A DNA stretch of 63,568 nt, the filler included, from Octopus bimaculoides (taxonomy: Eukaryota): assembly GCF_001194135.2 (NCBI RefSeq). It is 5 parts of 5 records of this genome, joined end to end, with 100 filler letters (N's around TTAATTAATTAA, not from the genome) between each part and the next. Parts side by side here need not be neighbours in the genome. Positions count along the whole stretch, not along the records: positions 45,336 to 61,034 come from NC_068981.1; positions 61,135 to 63,568 come from NC_068996.1; 3 more parts are not named here. One strand, written 5' to 3'. A program made the position numbers and the translations under genes. The notes beneath the pieces are model-generated. The model was not told where the DNA came from. It searched no databases and saw only the letters and a program-made list of their open reading frames with translations. Shown in pieces: positions 48,311 through 62,515 of this stretch (the first letter of the stretch is position 1; each line of letters opens with the position of its first letter).

Positions 48311-49351
48311 GTTAAGCATAACAACCAATCCTTAGTCAGTAATATAGCAGAATAAGTGTAGTTACAGATGTACCCGCTATTGCCGTGGAAGCCTGGTGTC
48401 TTCACGAATAACTGAGAGACATTCACCTAGAAGAACATACTTTGAAGCAATCCAAAATAAACCGAATTTTGCTGTCCAGCGTCAATATTATTCGTTTTAA
48501 TATTGTTGGAGATAAGAGGATACTTTAGCGAGGTACTCATATAGTTGTCATCTCCAGTTGACACACCCTGAAGGAAGTATTCTAAGGCTCAAGAAGCGCA
48601 GGTCAAATAATAAATATGTATGTACGTACATACATACATACGTGTGTGTGTGCGTATATATGTATGTAAGTATGTATATATGTAAATGTGTGTTTATATA
48701 TACATACACACGTTTATGCACACATTTTCAAGAGTGAATATCTACCAAAATTTGACAGTTACCTGTAGCAATACATATTCTTTCCTCCTCCAAGTAAGTC
48801 TATTCCTACATTATCACTAAAATCGTCATTATCCTCATCATCACCATTATCATCGTCGTAGTCGTCGTCGTTGTCATCATCATGAACAGCAACAATACAA
48901 TAATATCAACATCATCATCAGCATCGTTGTCATCATCTATCACGTTATTTCCAGCACATTCCCACCCACCGACGCCACTCCCGTTTCCTCCCTCTCCTCT
49001 TCCTCCTCCTCCTCTTCACCACGACGACCACCCTCTCCATTCACTTTTCCCCTTCCTCCTCTTACTCCTTCTCTCACACCCTCTCTCACTATCTTTCTCT
49101 TTCTCCTTCTCTCCCTCTCTTTCTCTTTCTCACCGCATTCTACACAATGCATAACAACACAACGCTATCATTAAGTGATCAATCCATATTAACTACAACA
49201 GATGTGTTGGCTGTAACACAACCAGCAAATCATAAATAAATAAACAAATAAATAAATAAATCTACAAATAAATAAATACAAAAATAGATAGATAACCACA
49301 ATGCAACGTTCGATGTATTTTTTGCTCTCTTTTATAAGCAAGTTTATATTC

Positions 49352-49417
<66 letters not shown>

Positions 49418-49531
49418 TTCGTTAATGTTGCTGTTGGTGTGTGTATCTGAATGACATCTTTGTTTTTGAAGTTGTTGTTATTGTTGTAGCTGTCGTCATT
49501 GTAGTTGTTCTTGTCGTCGATGTCGTTATTG

Positions 49532-49562
<31 letters not shown>

Positions 49563-49884
49563 GCTGTTGTTCAATTGATTTACAGCCCCACAATTTTCTA
49601 CCAGCACTGACAGCCGAAAATAAAAACCAAACCTACCGAAGCGCGAAATGCATATAGCATCATCACCATCATGATGATGAACCTCATCGTCATCGTCATC
49701 ATCATAATCATCTTCTTCATCATCATCATCATTATCATCATCATCATCATCATCATCATCGTCGTCGTCATCATCATCATTATCGTCATCACCATCATAA
49801 TCATCACCATCAAGACTAGCCTCGCACCACCCTATGATTAAATGAGATCCAGAAGTGACTACCACATTTTTTCATATGCGCGCG

Positions 49885-49919
<35 letters not shown>

Positions 49920-49925
49920 ATACAT

Positions 49926-49960
49926 GTATTCGATGAAGGACTATCTCCGAAACGTTATAC
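49926..49960 (+). ncRNA. minimal type I hammerhead ribozyme-like motif
   Basis: Stem I GTAT/ATAC, core TCGATGA-A, stem II GGA-CTATC-TCC, GAAAC-GTT. Confidence 0.55.
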
Positions 49961-50844
49961 TCTCACTGAAAAATTTTTGCTCCATAAATTCTTACCTTCT
50001 TTGAGCCACCACCTAATAATATTAACTATGAACTTCCCTTCAACGTCTGTTCTTTTCTGTATTTGATTTTGTTTTAGCTATCTTGTTATTTCTAACAGTT
50101 CATCCAACCACTTGATGGTTATATCTATATGTCTGTATTTGACTAGTTGACTATTAATGGCATATCACAGATTCCTTAACATGTCACCGTGGATATTAAC
50201 CATTTATTTGCAAAGAGGACGTTTTTTTTAACAATGGTCTCGGCAGAAGACACGTCTCATGCTTTGACGCTGTAAACTCGTTGGTATAGTCTTAAGGATT
50301 TTGCCGTTACAGAACATGACATAGTTTGGGTATTTTTAGACGTGTCAGAGTCCTTCCTTTTCCAGTTATGATTAAAAAAAAAAAATAGCAGAAACAAACT
50401 AGCAGTTATAAAGAGCCAAAAATTGAGAGAAAGGGAATAATCAACCATAGTTGACAACGAAAGGGTAAAAAGCAAACATAGCAGCATCGGGATTTGAACT
50501 CAGAGCATAGAGAGCAGGAGTGATTACTACAAGTTAATCTACCTCACGATGTAACGACTCTGCCCGCTGGCTGCTTTACATGATCACAAGCATATGTATA
50601 GCACATGATCCATTTCTGTATGTATGTATGTATGTATGTATGTATGTATGTATGTGTGTATGTATGTATCGTACATTTTGACAAATGCGTAGTTTATTCT
50701 TTTGTTGGTGAAATATACATTATTACTAGAATTTGTTTAGAATATATATATACTAAACACCACACACACACGCGCCCGCAACACATACTCACATAACACA
50801 CACGCACACACATACATACATATATATAGTATCTATCTCTCTGC

Positions 50845-50887
<43 letters not shown>

Positions 50888-50915
50888 TATAATATACATA
50901 TAAATGTATGGTTGG

Positions 50916-50966
<51 letters not shown>

Positions 50967-51810
50967 CATATATATATATATATACACGCACACACATACC
51001 TTACACACCACGAACGCGTATTGGCTTTTTTGCAAATAGGAATATATATCTGTCAATACACTGGAATAACTATAAATGTTGATGGGTTACGTTGTAATTT
51101 CGGACGAAAGACAATTTAAAGGCGGAAACTATTTCATTTTGTCTAAGATAAACACCTAAAGAAAATAAACCTATTCTAGAAAGTTCTTTAGATAGACAGT
51201 GAAGATAAGAGACATTGTGTGTCGCGTGGCGAATGATAGATACTTCGTGAATGTTTACTGCTCACTGCTGATATAACTTTTAATGAAAATATTGATAAAT
51301 GTTCGTAAAACAAATTCCAGAGAAAAGGCAATATATATTTATTTATTTGTCTGTGTTGCTATGTGTTTATAAGTAAGTCTTTACAGCAGTGTGTCGCTGT
51401 CTCTATGTTTGAGTGTGTATGTATATATGGATGGCTGTACGAATGCATGTATACATCATAAACGTTACTGAAAGAGTACGAAAGCCAGTGTTGAAGAGAG
51501 TCTTCAATACATATTGGAACGTGCACTTTATTCTTATTTGAATGTATGCTTTGTGATCTTGCATGCATTTTGCAATGCCTTTAGAATTAATGTGGCAACT
51601 AAGAAAAACATGGTGTATATATTAATACATATAAGGTATTTATTATGTAGGGTATGTATTGCAGGACACTACTGAGACAAGGTGCAAGATTGCAAAATGT
51701 TCCTACCACATTATGTTATTATTACGGCATTTTATTGAAACACGTGTATGTTCTATTAAACAGTGAATACCATACCTGCTTTCTGCTTAATGACGTGTGT
51801 GTGAATGTAC

Positions 51811-51932
<122 letters not shown>

Positions 51933-52309
51933 TTGTAGACACTTACATGGGAACAAAAGGAGCAGGAGACGAAACCTCATAAGTAGTTACTCCAAGTGTC
52001 TTGCTGCCGATCTTCAACTGAAAATCGGATAAAGAGAAAGTTAGACTCAGCTTGTGATTTTAATTCTTCTGGAGCCAATAAAATAATTTTCACTCGAGCT
52101 CTGCTCTCTACATAAATGACAACGCCCTGCTTTTCACCCACCAAAAATAATCAATATATGTGCTCGCATGCTGATATGTATCTCTGATTACAGAAAGGTC
52201 TGTGAACCAGTTCTTTTTGTTGTTGCTATTGCGTGGATAAATAAATAACACTAACAATAATGATTACAACAAAATAGCAACAGCAGCAGCAACAATAACA
52301 ACAATAATA

Positions 52310-52315
52310 ATGTTG

Positions 52316-52392
<77 letters not shown>
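52310..52392. repeat. (AAT)n microsatellite
   Basis: Near-pure run. Confidence 0.95.
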
Positions 52393-52393
<1 letters not shown>

Positions 52394-52607
52394 GTAATAA
52401 ATACAGATTCTGCGATACATTTGACAAAACAACAGAGCATCTCGTCTCGGGATGTCCTGTGCACCTTGTGGTGCACCGTCCGTATTGAACCCTTTGATTT
52501 GGAAAGGATTAACCTTTAGCAGTAGGTTAGTAGTTTGTAAAAATGTTCAAAACCAAGTTTTGACCTTTCCTTCTCATTAAATTGCCATACTTCACTAAGG
52601 GAGAGAA

Positions 52608-52638
<31 letters not shown>

Positions 52639-52939
52639 CATACATACATACATACATACATAAAATAAATATAGCAACGATTCTCTAGCAGGGGAAACTT
52701 GGTAGACTGTACTGCTAGAAATGCCAGGCAAATCTCCCGGAAGTCATGCTCTACCATAGTATTGGACATCTGTTGTATGTTGATGGGGGTGGTTTGGGTG
52801 CTACTTTTATTAGGTCGAATGACTACGTAAAGTTTCTCCATGTCTTCTTTCAGGACTGCTGGTTTGTGATATGATCAAGATTTAGGTGGTGTTTTTATTT
52901 AGTCGTGTGCCCAAGTAAACCTTACGTACNNNNNNNNNN

Positions 52940-52972
<33 letters not shown>

Positions 52973-53099
52973 CAGTGTAGTTCAGTATATGTTTGTGTTT
53001 TGTGTTTGATATAAGAACATGGGGCTGACGAACGACACCTGTTGCTAAGGGTAACGGAACAGGTTGAAATGAAGGGCTGGCGATGAGTAATATGAGCAA

Positions 53100-53219
53100 C
53101 GATAACAACAACCTTAACTACAACAACAACAACTACCACTACTAGCACAGCTGCTGCTGCTTCTGATAATACTACTACTACTGCTGCTACTACCCTTCCT
53201 CCTCCTCCTCCTCCTCCTC

Positions 53220-53275
<56 letters not shown>

Positions 53276-53276
53276 G
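53100..53276. repeat. compound trinucleotide array (ACA/CTA/CTG/CCT)
   Basis: In-register trinucleotide blocks. Confidence 0.9.
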
Positions 53277-54263
53277 CACTATTATAGATAATACTCCACT
53301 GACCCATTACCATAGATTATTTTGTGAATTCTACCGGTGGCAGTGTACGAAACTCTGAGCCCTTTGATAGGCGTTCCAACACTCTAGTCACTCAGTTAGC
53401 CAATGTACTATTTACCTTACATCACCGTCTCATACACTTCGAATAAAGCAAAAAAAGAAACGAAACAAAAGAAGTAAAGAAAAACAAGAAAAAAGAAGCT
53501 AAGAAGTAGTAATAAAAATATGTTAATTGCCATTTGTTTTTTTAGTTGGTTTCCATATTTGTTTTGTGTGTAACCATAAACACTTAATTTTGGTTTTACA
53601 CTTCTGCACATGAAAGTAATTTATGACCGATGTAAGTCAAGTTTTGCCTGAAAAACAACTCAGAACCAATAAATTATCAAACAAAATAGCAATGACAAGA
53701 ATATATATATATATATGAATATATACATATGTATATGTGTATATGTATATATTTGTATATATATATATATNNNNNNNNNNNNNNNNNNNNNNNNNNNNNN
53801 NNNNNNNNNNNNNNNNNNNNNNNNNNNNNNNNNNNNNNNNNNNNNNNNNNNNNNNNNNNNNNNNNNNNNNNNNNNNNNNNNNNNNNNNNNNNNNNNNNNN
53901 NNNNNNNNNNNNNNNNNNNNNNNNNNNNNNNNNNNNNNNNNNNNNNNNNNNNNNNNNNNNNNNNNNNNNNNNNNNNNNNNNNNNNNNNNNNNNNNNNNNN
54001 NNNNNNNNNNNNNNNNNNNNNNNNNNNNNNNNNNNNNNNNNNNNNNNNNNNNNNNNNNNNNNNNNNNNNNNNNNNNNNNNNNNNNNNNNNNNNNNNNNNN
54101 NNNNNNNNNNNNNNNNNNNNNNNNNNNNNNNNNNNNNNNNNNNNNNNNNNNNNNNNNNNNNNNNNNNNNNNNNNNNNNNNNNNNTATGTATAATGTTTTT
54201 TGAAAATACCTTATAGTAATGTTAATAATATCATTCATAAAGATAATACACATATAGTATTTA

Positions 54264-54430
54264 TGATAATAATAACAAGAACAATAATAATGATGATGAT
54301 GACGACGACGATGATGATGATGATGATAATGATGATGATGATGAAGAAGAAGAAGAAGAAGAAGAAGAAGAAGAAGAAGAAGAAGAAGAAGAAGAAGAAG
54401 AAGAAGATAATAATGATGATTATAATGATA

Positions 54431-54500
<70 letters not shown>
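54264..54500. repeat. compound trinucleotide array (AAT/GAT/GAC/GAA)
   Basis: In-register blocks, symmetric around (GAA)n. Confidence 0.92.
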
Positions 54501-54501
<1 letters not shown>

Positions 54502-56524
54502 CCACAGCACATACCCAAGGCACACAGAGCTGCGCTCGGTAGTGAAGTGAAAGCACGTTATAAAAATATAAACTACTGAACAATAATAATAATAATAACT
54601 CCAATAATCATAGCAACTGCAATATGAAAGGGATGTCTATGTTAACTATAAATCCTCGAACGGTTTTTTGAAGCAAAAATGACTTTGATTGCATGTATAT
54701 GGTTATGATTGAGATCCTGATGGTCGATCTGTCACTGCCTGGTACACACCCAGAGTTCCCTACCCCCACACCATCATCAGCTTGTACGAGGTAAACCGTT
54801 TAGCCACAATATCTATCTAATCAGATTTGAAGCAACAAAATCTATTGGAGCGCTTCAAATAACACCACTGCAGAGTAAATATGGGCAAAGTAGAAAAAAA
54901 TATGTATCACGCTCTCTCCTTCTATTTCTCTCTCTTTCTCTCTCCCTCTCTCTTTCTCTGCCAAACTCTATATTTCTCTCACAATGACATTTACATATAA
55001 CTATATATATATATATATATNNNNNNNNNNNNNNNNNNNNNNNNNNNNNNNNNNNNNNNNNNNNNNNNNNNNNNNNNNNNNNNNNNNNNNNNNNNNNNNN
55101 NNNNNNNNNNNNNNNNNNNNNNNNNNNNNNNNNNNNNNNNNNNNNNNNNNNNNNNNNNNNNNNNNNNNNNNNNNNNNNNNNNNNNNNNNNNNNNNNNNNN
55201 NNNNNNNNNNNNNNNNNNNNNNNNNNNNNNNNNNNNNNNNNNNNNNNNNNNNNNNNNNNNNNNNNNNNNNNNNNNNNNNNNNNNNNNNNNNNNNNNNNNN
55301 NNNNNNNNNNNNNNNNNNNNNNNNNNNNNNNNNNNNNNNNNNNNNNNNNNNNNNNNNNNNNNNNNNNNNNNNNNNNNNNNNNNNNNNNNNNNNNNNNNNN
55401 NNNNNNNNNNNNNNNNNNNNNNNNNNNNNNNNNNNNNNNNNNNNNNNNNNNNNNNNNNNNNNNNNNNNNNNNNNNNNNNNNNNNNNNNNNNNNNNNNNNN
55501 NNNNNNNNNNNNNNNNNNNNNNNNNNNNNNNNNNNNNNNNNNNNNNNNNNNNNNNNNNNNNNNNNNTATATACACATACCACGCACCCATATGTATGTAG
55601 ATATTTACGATAGGTTTAAAATATTAAATTGATGAATCAGATCTCATTTTACACAAACGCACAAGAATTATTCCAACTCAAGGAAACCAATTTTACATAC
55701 AACATTTGGGTCGACCCAATATTTATACAGTCACTTCCCATTGAGTTAAACAACTAGTGAAGATACTTTGTAACTCTTAAAAAATCCTCAGTCTAGAATA
55801 TGCATCCATCTTCAAATGTCGTGTCACTTGAACGGTAAATTCATTGAATGCAAACCTAAGAATTGAACTCATCTGCTAAATTCGATGCCATAAGAACTTT
55901 TACGGTACACTATCATTTTCGGTATTCGTATCTTCCAACCTCCACCTTAAACTCTACAACTCTTGTGCTAGTTGAAAATCTACAAACATTCAACAGTAAT
56001 TGGTGATAATGATTACTATGACGAATCAATATTGGTAATAGCACCAATCACCAAAAATGATGGGCGCTATTATTCATCCTTGTTTGAGTATTATATCAAT
56101 CACTCAAACAAGGGCACGTAATTGGTGCAATTAACTCTGTTGTAATTATCTGTAAATAGAAGATGTGATGGTCATGTTCGTGGTTTTCATTAGCTGAGTA
56201 ATTAAAAATAGCTTTGCCCAGAAAGGGAATTGAACGAAGATTACAAATTTAGTTTATTACATATACTATGTTGAATGTTTTGAGCCCATGATGTATCAAA
56301 CAATATCTTTTATATGAAACATGAAATTAAATTGTAAACAAAGAGTTAAGTAAGGTAAGACCTATCACCTGAGGAGATACAGTTAAAGACAAGATAATTG
56401 TTTGGCTAATTTACAATGACACCCAAGTGACTTGACCAATGCTTTATTTTACCGCACCCGGACAGGATGATAGCTAAAATATGTGCACGTGTGCATATCT
56501 ATGCATATATGTCTCTGAGGATAA

Positions 56525-56565
<41 letters not shown>

Positions 56566-57445
56566 CACACACACACACACACACCACACACACACACACG
56601 CACGCACATGCACACACAAATTTCTCACTTTCTCTCCCTCTTGATATCTGTTGATGTATTACATACATGTACAAACGTACATAGATACATGCATACATGT
56701 ATATGCATATGTATGTACATTTATATATCCANNNNNNNNNNNNNNNNNNNNNNNNNNNNNNNNNNNNNNNNNNNNNNNNNNNNNNNNNNNNNNNNNNNNN
56801 NNNNNNNNNNNNNNNNNNNNNNNNNNNNNNNNNNNNNNNNNNNNNNNNNNNNNNNNNNNNNNNNNNNNNNNNNNNNNNNNNNNNNNNNNNNNNNNNNNNN
56901 NNNNNNNNNNNNNNNNNNNNNNNNNNNNNNNNNNNNNNNNNNNNNNNNNNNNNNNNNNNNNNNNNNNNNNNNNNNNNNNNNNNNNNNNNNNNNNNNNNNN
57001 NNNNNNNNNNNNNNNNNNNNNNNNNNNNNNNNNNNNNNNNNNNNNNNNNNNNNNNNNNNNNNNNNNNNNNNNNNNNNNNNNNNNNNNNNNNNNNNNNNNN
57101 NNNNNNNNNNNNNNNNNNNNNNNNNNNNNNNNNNNNNNNNNNNNNNNNNNNNNNNNNNNNNNNNNNNNNNNNNNNNNNNNNNNNNNNNNNNNNNNNNNNN
57201 NNNNNNNNNNNNNNNNNNNNNNNNNNNNNNNNNNNNNNNNNNNNNNNNNNNNNNNNNNNNNNNNNNNNNNNNNNNNNNNNNNNNNNNNNNNNNNNNNNNN
57301 NNNNNNNNNNNNNNNNNNNNNNNNNNNNNNNNNNNNNNNNNNNNNNNNNNNNNNNNNNNNNNNNNNNNNNNNNNNNNNNNNNNNNNNNNNNNNNNNNNNN
57401 NNNNNNNNNNNNNNNNNNNNNNNNNNNNNNNNNNNNNNNNNNNNN

Positions 57446-57478
<33 letters not shown>

Positions 57479-57580
57479 GTCTGTCTATCGATCTATCTAT
57501 CCATATGTAAGTATGTACTTATGTATGAATGTATATATGTATGTATGTGTGTATGTATGTATGTATGAATGTAAGTATGT

Positions 57581-57813
57581 TATTTCTTTACTGCCCACAA
57601 GGGGCCAAACATAGTGGGGGCAAACAAGGACAGACAAACGGATTAAGTCGGTTATATCGACCCCAGTGCCTAACTGGTACTTATTTAATCGACCCCGAAA
57701 GGATGAAAGGCAAAGTTGACCTCGGCGGAATTTGAACTCAGAACGTAGCGGCAGACGAAATACCGCTAACCATTTCGCCCGGCGTGCTAACGATTCTGCC
57801 AGCTCGCCGCACA
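57581..57813 (-). mobile_element. SINE family C, full length
   Basis: 9-bp TSD TAAGTATGT at 57572-57580 and 57814-57822. Confidence 0.92.
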
Positions 57814-57859
57814 TAAGTATGTACTTATGCATGAATGTATGTATGTCTGTATGAGTGTT

Positions 57860-58254
57860 CTCTTCCGTTTTCAATTATTTAAATTCTTCCTGCGAGGAAG
57901 ATGCTGGTTTCTAACAAAGATACAAAGCTCCTTCGTTGGAATGTAGATAACAAAAACAATGTTACATTTTAAACTTGACAAAAGTCTTGCATATTTTTAC
58001 TTTTCCACTTACAGATTGCATTTGTAATGTGAAAGTTAGTCGGTTCATTTCTTTTTCTGAAAACCTCTGTTTATCCAGATTGTTTCTTAATCATTTATAC
58101 ACAAAACGAAGTGAACCAATTGTTATTGGTATAAATGTGAATTTATAATTTGGATTGCGAAGCGGGAAGGTTCTAAGCACTTGTCCGTTGTTATCCTCTT
58201 TCTTATTGATTTTCAGGGAGATATCCAAATAAGCAGGACAACTGACATCTAAGA

Positions 58255-58292
<38 letters not shown>

Positions 58293-59225
58293 CTGTCCCA
58301 AACAACAATATCAGGTCTGTTATGCGTAGACCGGAAAGATGTTTTGATGGAAATGTTCCACCAGTATTTCTTGTATTGATGATTGTGTACGTAAATAACA
58401 GGGCGATTCTCTAGGACAATCTGTCTTTCAAATGGCATTGTACAATATCGTATATTGCTTTTGTGATAACGTCATGACGCCTAGGGAAGAAGTACCTTGA
58501 TGACATTTTTGGGCAGTAGCTTACCACCTATGTGAAGTCTTTCACAGAAATATAATATAATCTACATCTTGGGCTGTATCTTGGAGTTCCAACTACTTCA
58601 CTCTCTCTATTGGTTATTAGGTATTTCGTAGCAATCTCCTGTTCTTGAATTGAAAATGCATAAATCTTCGAAGTGTGACATGATGTATTGTCACGAGTCC
58701 AATATATTCAACGTCAATATACTGCCTTCTTCGAGAAACACAGCCATCCATAGTGTTTTTTTGGGGTATACTGATCATTTCACTTAAAGGTCTTCTTTGA
58801 TGTATACTAGTTCGGATGTTTTGAGGGAGTATGGGTGGCTATCAGGAAGAGAGTACTTTCTAATGCACTAGTAGGATATTGTTCTCTTCACTTCCAGAAC
58901 TAAGTTAATATATCTATTTTTGCTGCTGTTATTTAGCAAGTGGTATCTGGGAGAGACTATAGACATTCGAATGCCGTCTGCACCAATTTCGAGTCTTCAT
59001 TTCTTTCACCTCTTCATGGGTAGAGCCTGTCAATATTACTAGTTCTGTGGAGATTTCCAACTGATGTCAGTATCTTGCAGGTCTTAACGTCTATGGAGTG
59101 AATTTCCTCTGTAGACAAATCAAATATCCCAAATATATTGACCAGGACTGGTACTGCAAGTGCATTTTGGGATATTGTGTTATTGTAAGAGGAGAGTTCC
59201 GCCTGCCTTATTCTTCTAAGTCTGG
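57860..59225 (-). mobile_element. R4/Dong-like non-LTR retrotransposon, 5'-truncated
   Basis: RT thumb (ELSSYNNTISQNALAVPVL..IDVKTCKIL..NIDRLY), SIQEQEIATKY, RHDV, HNRPDIVVWDR..LDVSCP, ORF end and 3' UTR; (TATG)n at both flanks; (TA)n expansion inside the ORF near 58258-58289. Confidence 0.88.
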
Positions 59226-59489
59226 CACATATATCTACATATGTGTAGATATGTTTGTATGTATGTACGTATGTGTACATGTATGTATGTATTTAACGTT
59301 CGTCTTTCTTGTATGTATGTGTCCGAAGATTATCAACTTTACTCGATGTGGGCCATGAAATGCCTTCTCTGCTTCCACGGTTACGGAAGGGGCACGTAAT
59401 TCCAGGACCCGATGGAACGCTTGCTTTCTCTGCAGCCCACCTCTCCTTAGTTTCTCTCCATCTCCTTCTCTCTCTCTCTCTCTCTGTAT

Positions 59490-59558
<69 letters not shown>

Positions 59559-59902
59559 AAGAGACAGATACACATATTTACAAGTATATATAACTTAGGT
59601 TCAGTCTTCAAATCCCTGTGAGTTTGCATTTTCAATTCATTATTTACGGGGGTTGAGAAAATAAATTGCTGTCAAATACTAGGTCAATATACATAACTAT
59701 ATCCATTATTTAAATTTGTGGCCCTGTATCTGTGCTGATAAATCGATATTAGAAATCAATATATCAATCGATTCTATACAAGTTATGTTTCATCTTCAGC
59801 CTTTAGCTATAGAGATCTTATTGCTAATCTTAGGAACTAGAAACGAGCATACATTACATGTGTGTATTTATCTGTGTGAGTGTATGTATGCGAATGTATA
59901 TA

Positions 59903-59944
<42 letters not shown>

Positions 59945-60399
59945 GACAGATAGATATAGATATACTTGTATGCATGTATATATATATATAAACATGCGTA
60001 TACATATATATTTACACATACACACATGCATATACATATGTATATATGTGTTTCTGTGTATATATATATANNNNNNNNNNNNNNNNNNNNNNNNNNNNNN
60101 NNNNNNNNNNNNNNNNNNNNNNNNNNNNNNNNNNNNNNNNNNNNNNNNNNNNNNNNNNNNNNNNNNNNNNNNNNNNNNNNNNNNNNNNNNNNNNNNNNNN
60201 NNNNNNNNNNNNNNNNNNNNNNNNNNNNNNNNNNNNNNNNNNNNNNNNNNNNNNNNNNNNNNNNNNNNNNNNNNNNNNNNNNNNNNNNNNNNNNNNNNNN
60301 NNNNNNNNNNNNNNNNTCTTCTTCTTCTTCTTCTTCTTCTTCTTCTTCTTTATGTATGTATGTATGCATGTATGTATGTATGTACGTATGTATGCATGG

Positions 60400-60500
60400 T
60401 ATTATTAAGTTTATTTCAAGATTTCTTGCCAATAGAGAAAGAATCGGTTTCTAACCTAGATCCAAGGCTCCTTCATTGGAATTTCAACACCAACAACAGG
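60400..60500 (-). mobile_element. R4-like LINE 3' UTR stub
   Basis: GGTTTCTAACCTAGATCCAAGGCTCCTTCATTGGAAT resembles about 57905-57945; (TATG)n on both sides. Confidence 0.65.
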
Positions 60501-60571
60501 GTATGTTTGCATGTATGTATGTGCAGATTTGTATGTATGTATCTATGTATGCATGTATGTATGCATTTATT

Positions 60572-60765
60572 ATTTGAATTCTACCTCTGAGGAAGGAGAT
60601 GGTTTCTAATAAAAGTTTCTAACATAGCGCCATTACTGAAATGTAGATAACGAAAGCAATGTTACATTTTAAACTTGAGAAAAGACTTGCGTACTTTTAC
60701 TGTTCAACTAACAAATTGTATTTGTAGTGTGTCAGTTGGTTGGTTAATGTCTTGTAGTTATGAGT
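60572..60765 (-). mobile_element. R4-like LINE 3' end
   Basis: GCAATGTTACATTTTAAACTTGAGAAAAGACTTGC closely matches about 57955-57995. Confidence 0.8.
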
Positions 60766-60857
60766 ATGCTCTTCTCAGCAACTGTCGAGATATTTTTACG
60801 TAAGTTGAATTTATTTGTGTAATGTATGTGTGTGTGAGTGTATGTGAGTGCGTGTAA

Positions 60858-60888
<31 letters not shown>

Positions 60889-60997
60889 CGTGTAAATATA
60901 TACATATATATACACACACACACACACAAATATATATTTCTTCATCTGGCTATCTATTTATTGTATATATGTACATAAACGCACATACACACATAGG

Positions 60998-61034
<37 letters not shown>

Positions 61035-61261
61035 NNNNNNNNNNNNNNNNNNNNNNNNNNNNNNNNNNNNNNNNNNNNTTAATTAATTAANNNNNNNNNN
61101 NNNNNNNNNNNNNNNNNNNNNNNNNNNNNNNNNNATATATGACCATATATATGTATAGTATACTAAGACAAAGCATAAGAAAACCACAAACATGTGGTAA
61201 CAAAACAAAGAAACAATATGGAAAATTGGAAGAAGTCTTTAACATTTGGAGCATAACCTTG

Positions 61262-61321
<60 letters not shown>

Positions 61322-61699
61322 TTGTTCTCTCTTGCTAACTACATCAGATGCTTCTTATGCCCAATTTTTCTCTCAATACATTTTAAACAAACACAGGCAC
61401 ACATCAACACACATACACACACACGCACACATCGACACACATACACACACGCACACACACACACATTAGTACTTAATAGATATAACAGAAACGTTTTATC
61501 TTCTGCTGGTCTTTGTCTCTCAGTTTATTCCTTTATCTATCAATTTTGTTTACTGTAGCACATCTATCAATTCTTTCATTATGTGTCTTAACATCTGGCC
61601 CTACATCTATAGTGTGTGTATGTGTGTATGTGTGTGTGTACATTCGACTATATATTTATGGCCAATGTTTTGGTAAATGAATTAATACAAAGGTATGAA

Positions 61700-61770
61700 T
61701 GTGGGAGACAGAGAGAGAAGGGGAAGGGACAAAAGGAGAGAGACAGAGAGAGAGAGATAGAGAGATAGAA

Positions 61771-61807
<37 letters not shown>

Positions 61808-61895
61808 AGGGGAGAGAAAAAGAGGAGAGAGAGAGAGAAAAAGAGAGGAGAGAGAGAGAGAAGGGGGAGAGAAAAGGAGAGAGAAGAGGAGTGAA
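61700..61895. repeat. GA-rich low-complexity tract
   Basis: Interrupted (GA)n. Confidence 0.9.
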
Positions 61896-62403
61896 AGAAA
61901 CAGTGGACTATATGTATCTATCTGTTTATCCATCTATCTATCCATTTCTCTCTTTCCCTTTCTCTCCTTTTATATATAAACGTGTGTATGTGTGTGTGAG
62001 TTCATTATAACAAAAAAAGTGACAGTTTGCCTGAGTTTTATTTAGCAGCTGATCACAACTGTCTCATTTTGATAAGTCTTCCCAATTAACACCAGGTATT
62101 GAATTCTCTATCATATAATGAGAATTCTTGAATCTTGAGATTATCTCCACCTTCTCATATGGAGATGGTTTTAATTGCCATTTGGTAGTTTATGACACAT
62201 CTCCAAGAGGCAGCAATAATATCAATAAATCAAGAATATATGTTGCATAGTATTTGATATACTTGTATTTGTCCATGTTATTGTTCAAAGATATGCCATT
62301 GACGTCTTTGAGTTATTTCTCTTAAAATAACAGCTTAAATTATTCAAATTACCTGTGTTCTTCTCTTTTTGTATGTCTTTGTCCATTGGTTGTTAAATAT
62401 AAG

Positions 62404-62486
62404 GTCACACAAATGTCTAGCTGGCGCCCATGACTGTCCAGCTGTCTTCTTATCTCCAGACAATAAGCATGTCCTTTTCCTGAATG
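62404..62486 (+). CDS. candidate exon SHKCLAGAHDCPAVFLSPDNKHVLFLN
   Basis: Pyrimidine tract 62355-62387, AAG|G acceptor (alternative CAG at 62459), ATG|GTATGT donor; one open GC-richer frame; product not recognised. Confidence 0.3.
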
Positions 62487-62515
62487 GTATGTAAACTTTG
62501 GAGAATTCTTCAATT

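Noticed and set aside
59300-59460. GC-richer segment with open frames on both strands
   Set aside because: No credible splice signals or recognisable motif.
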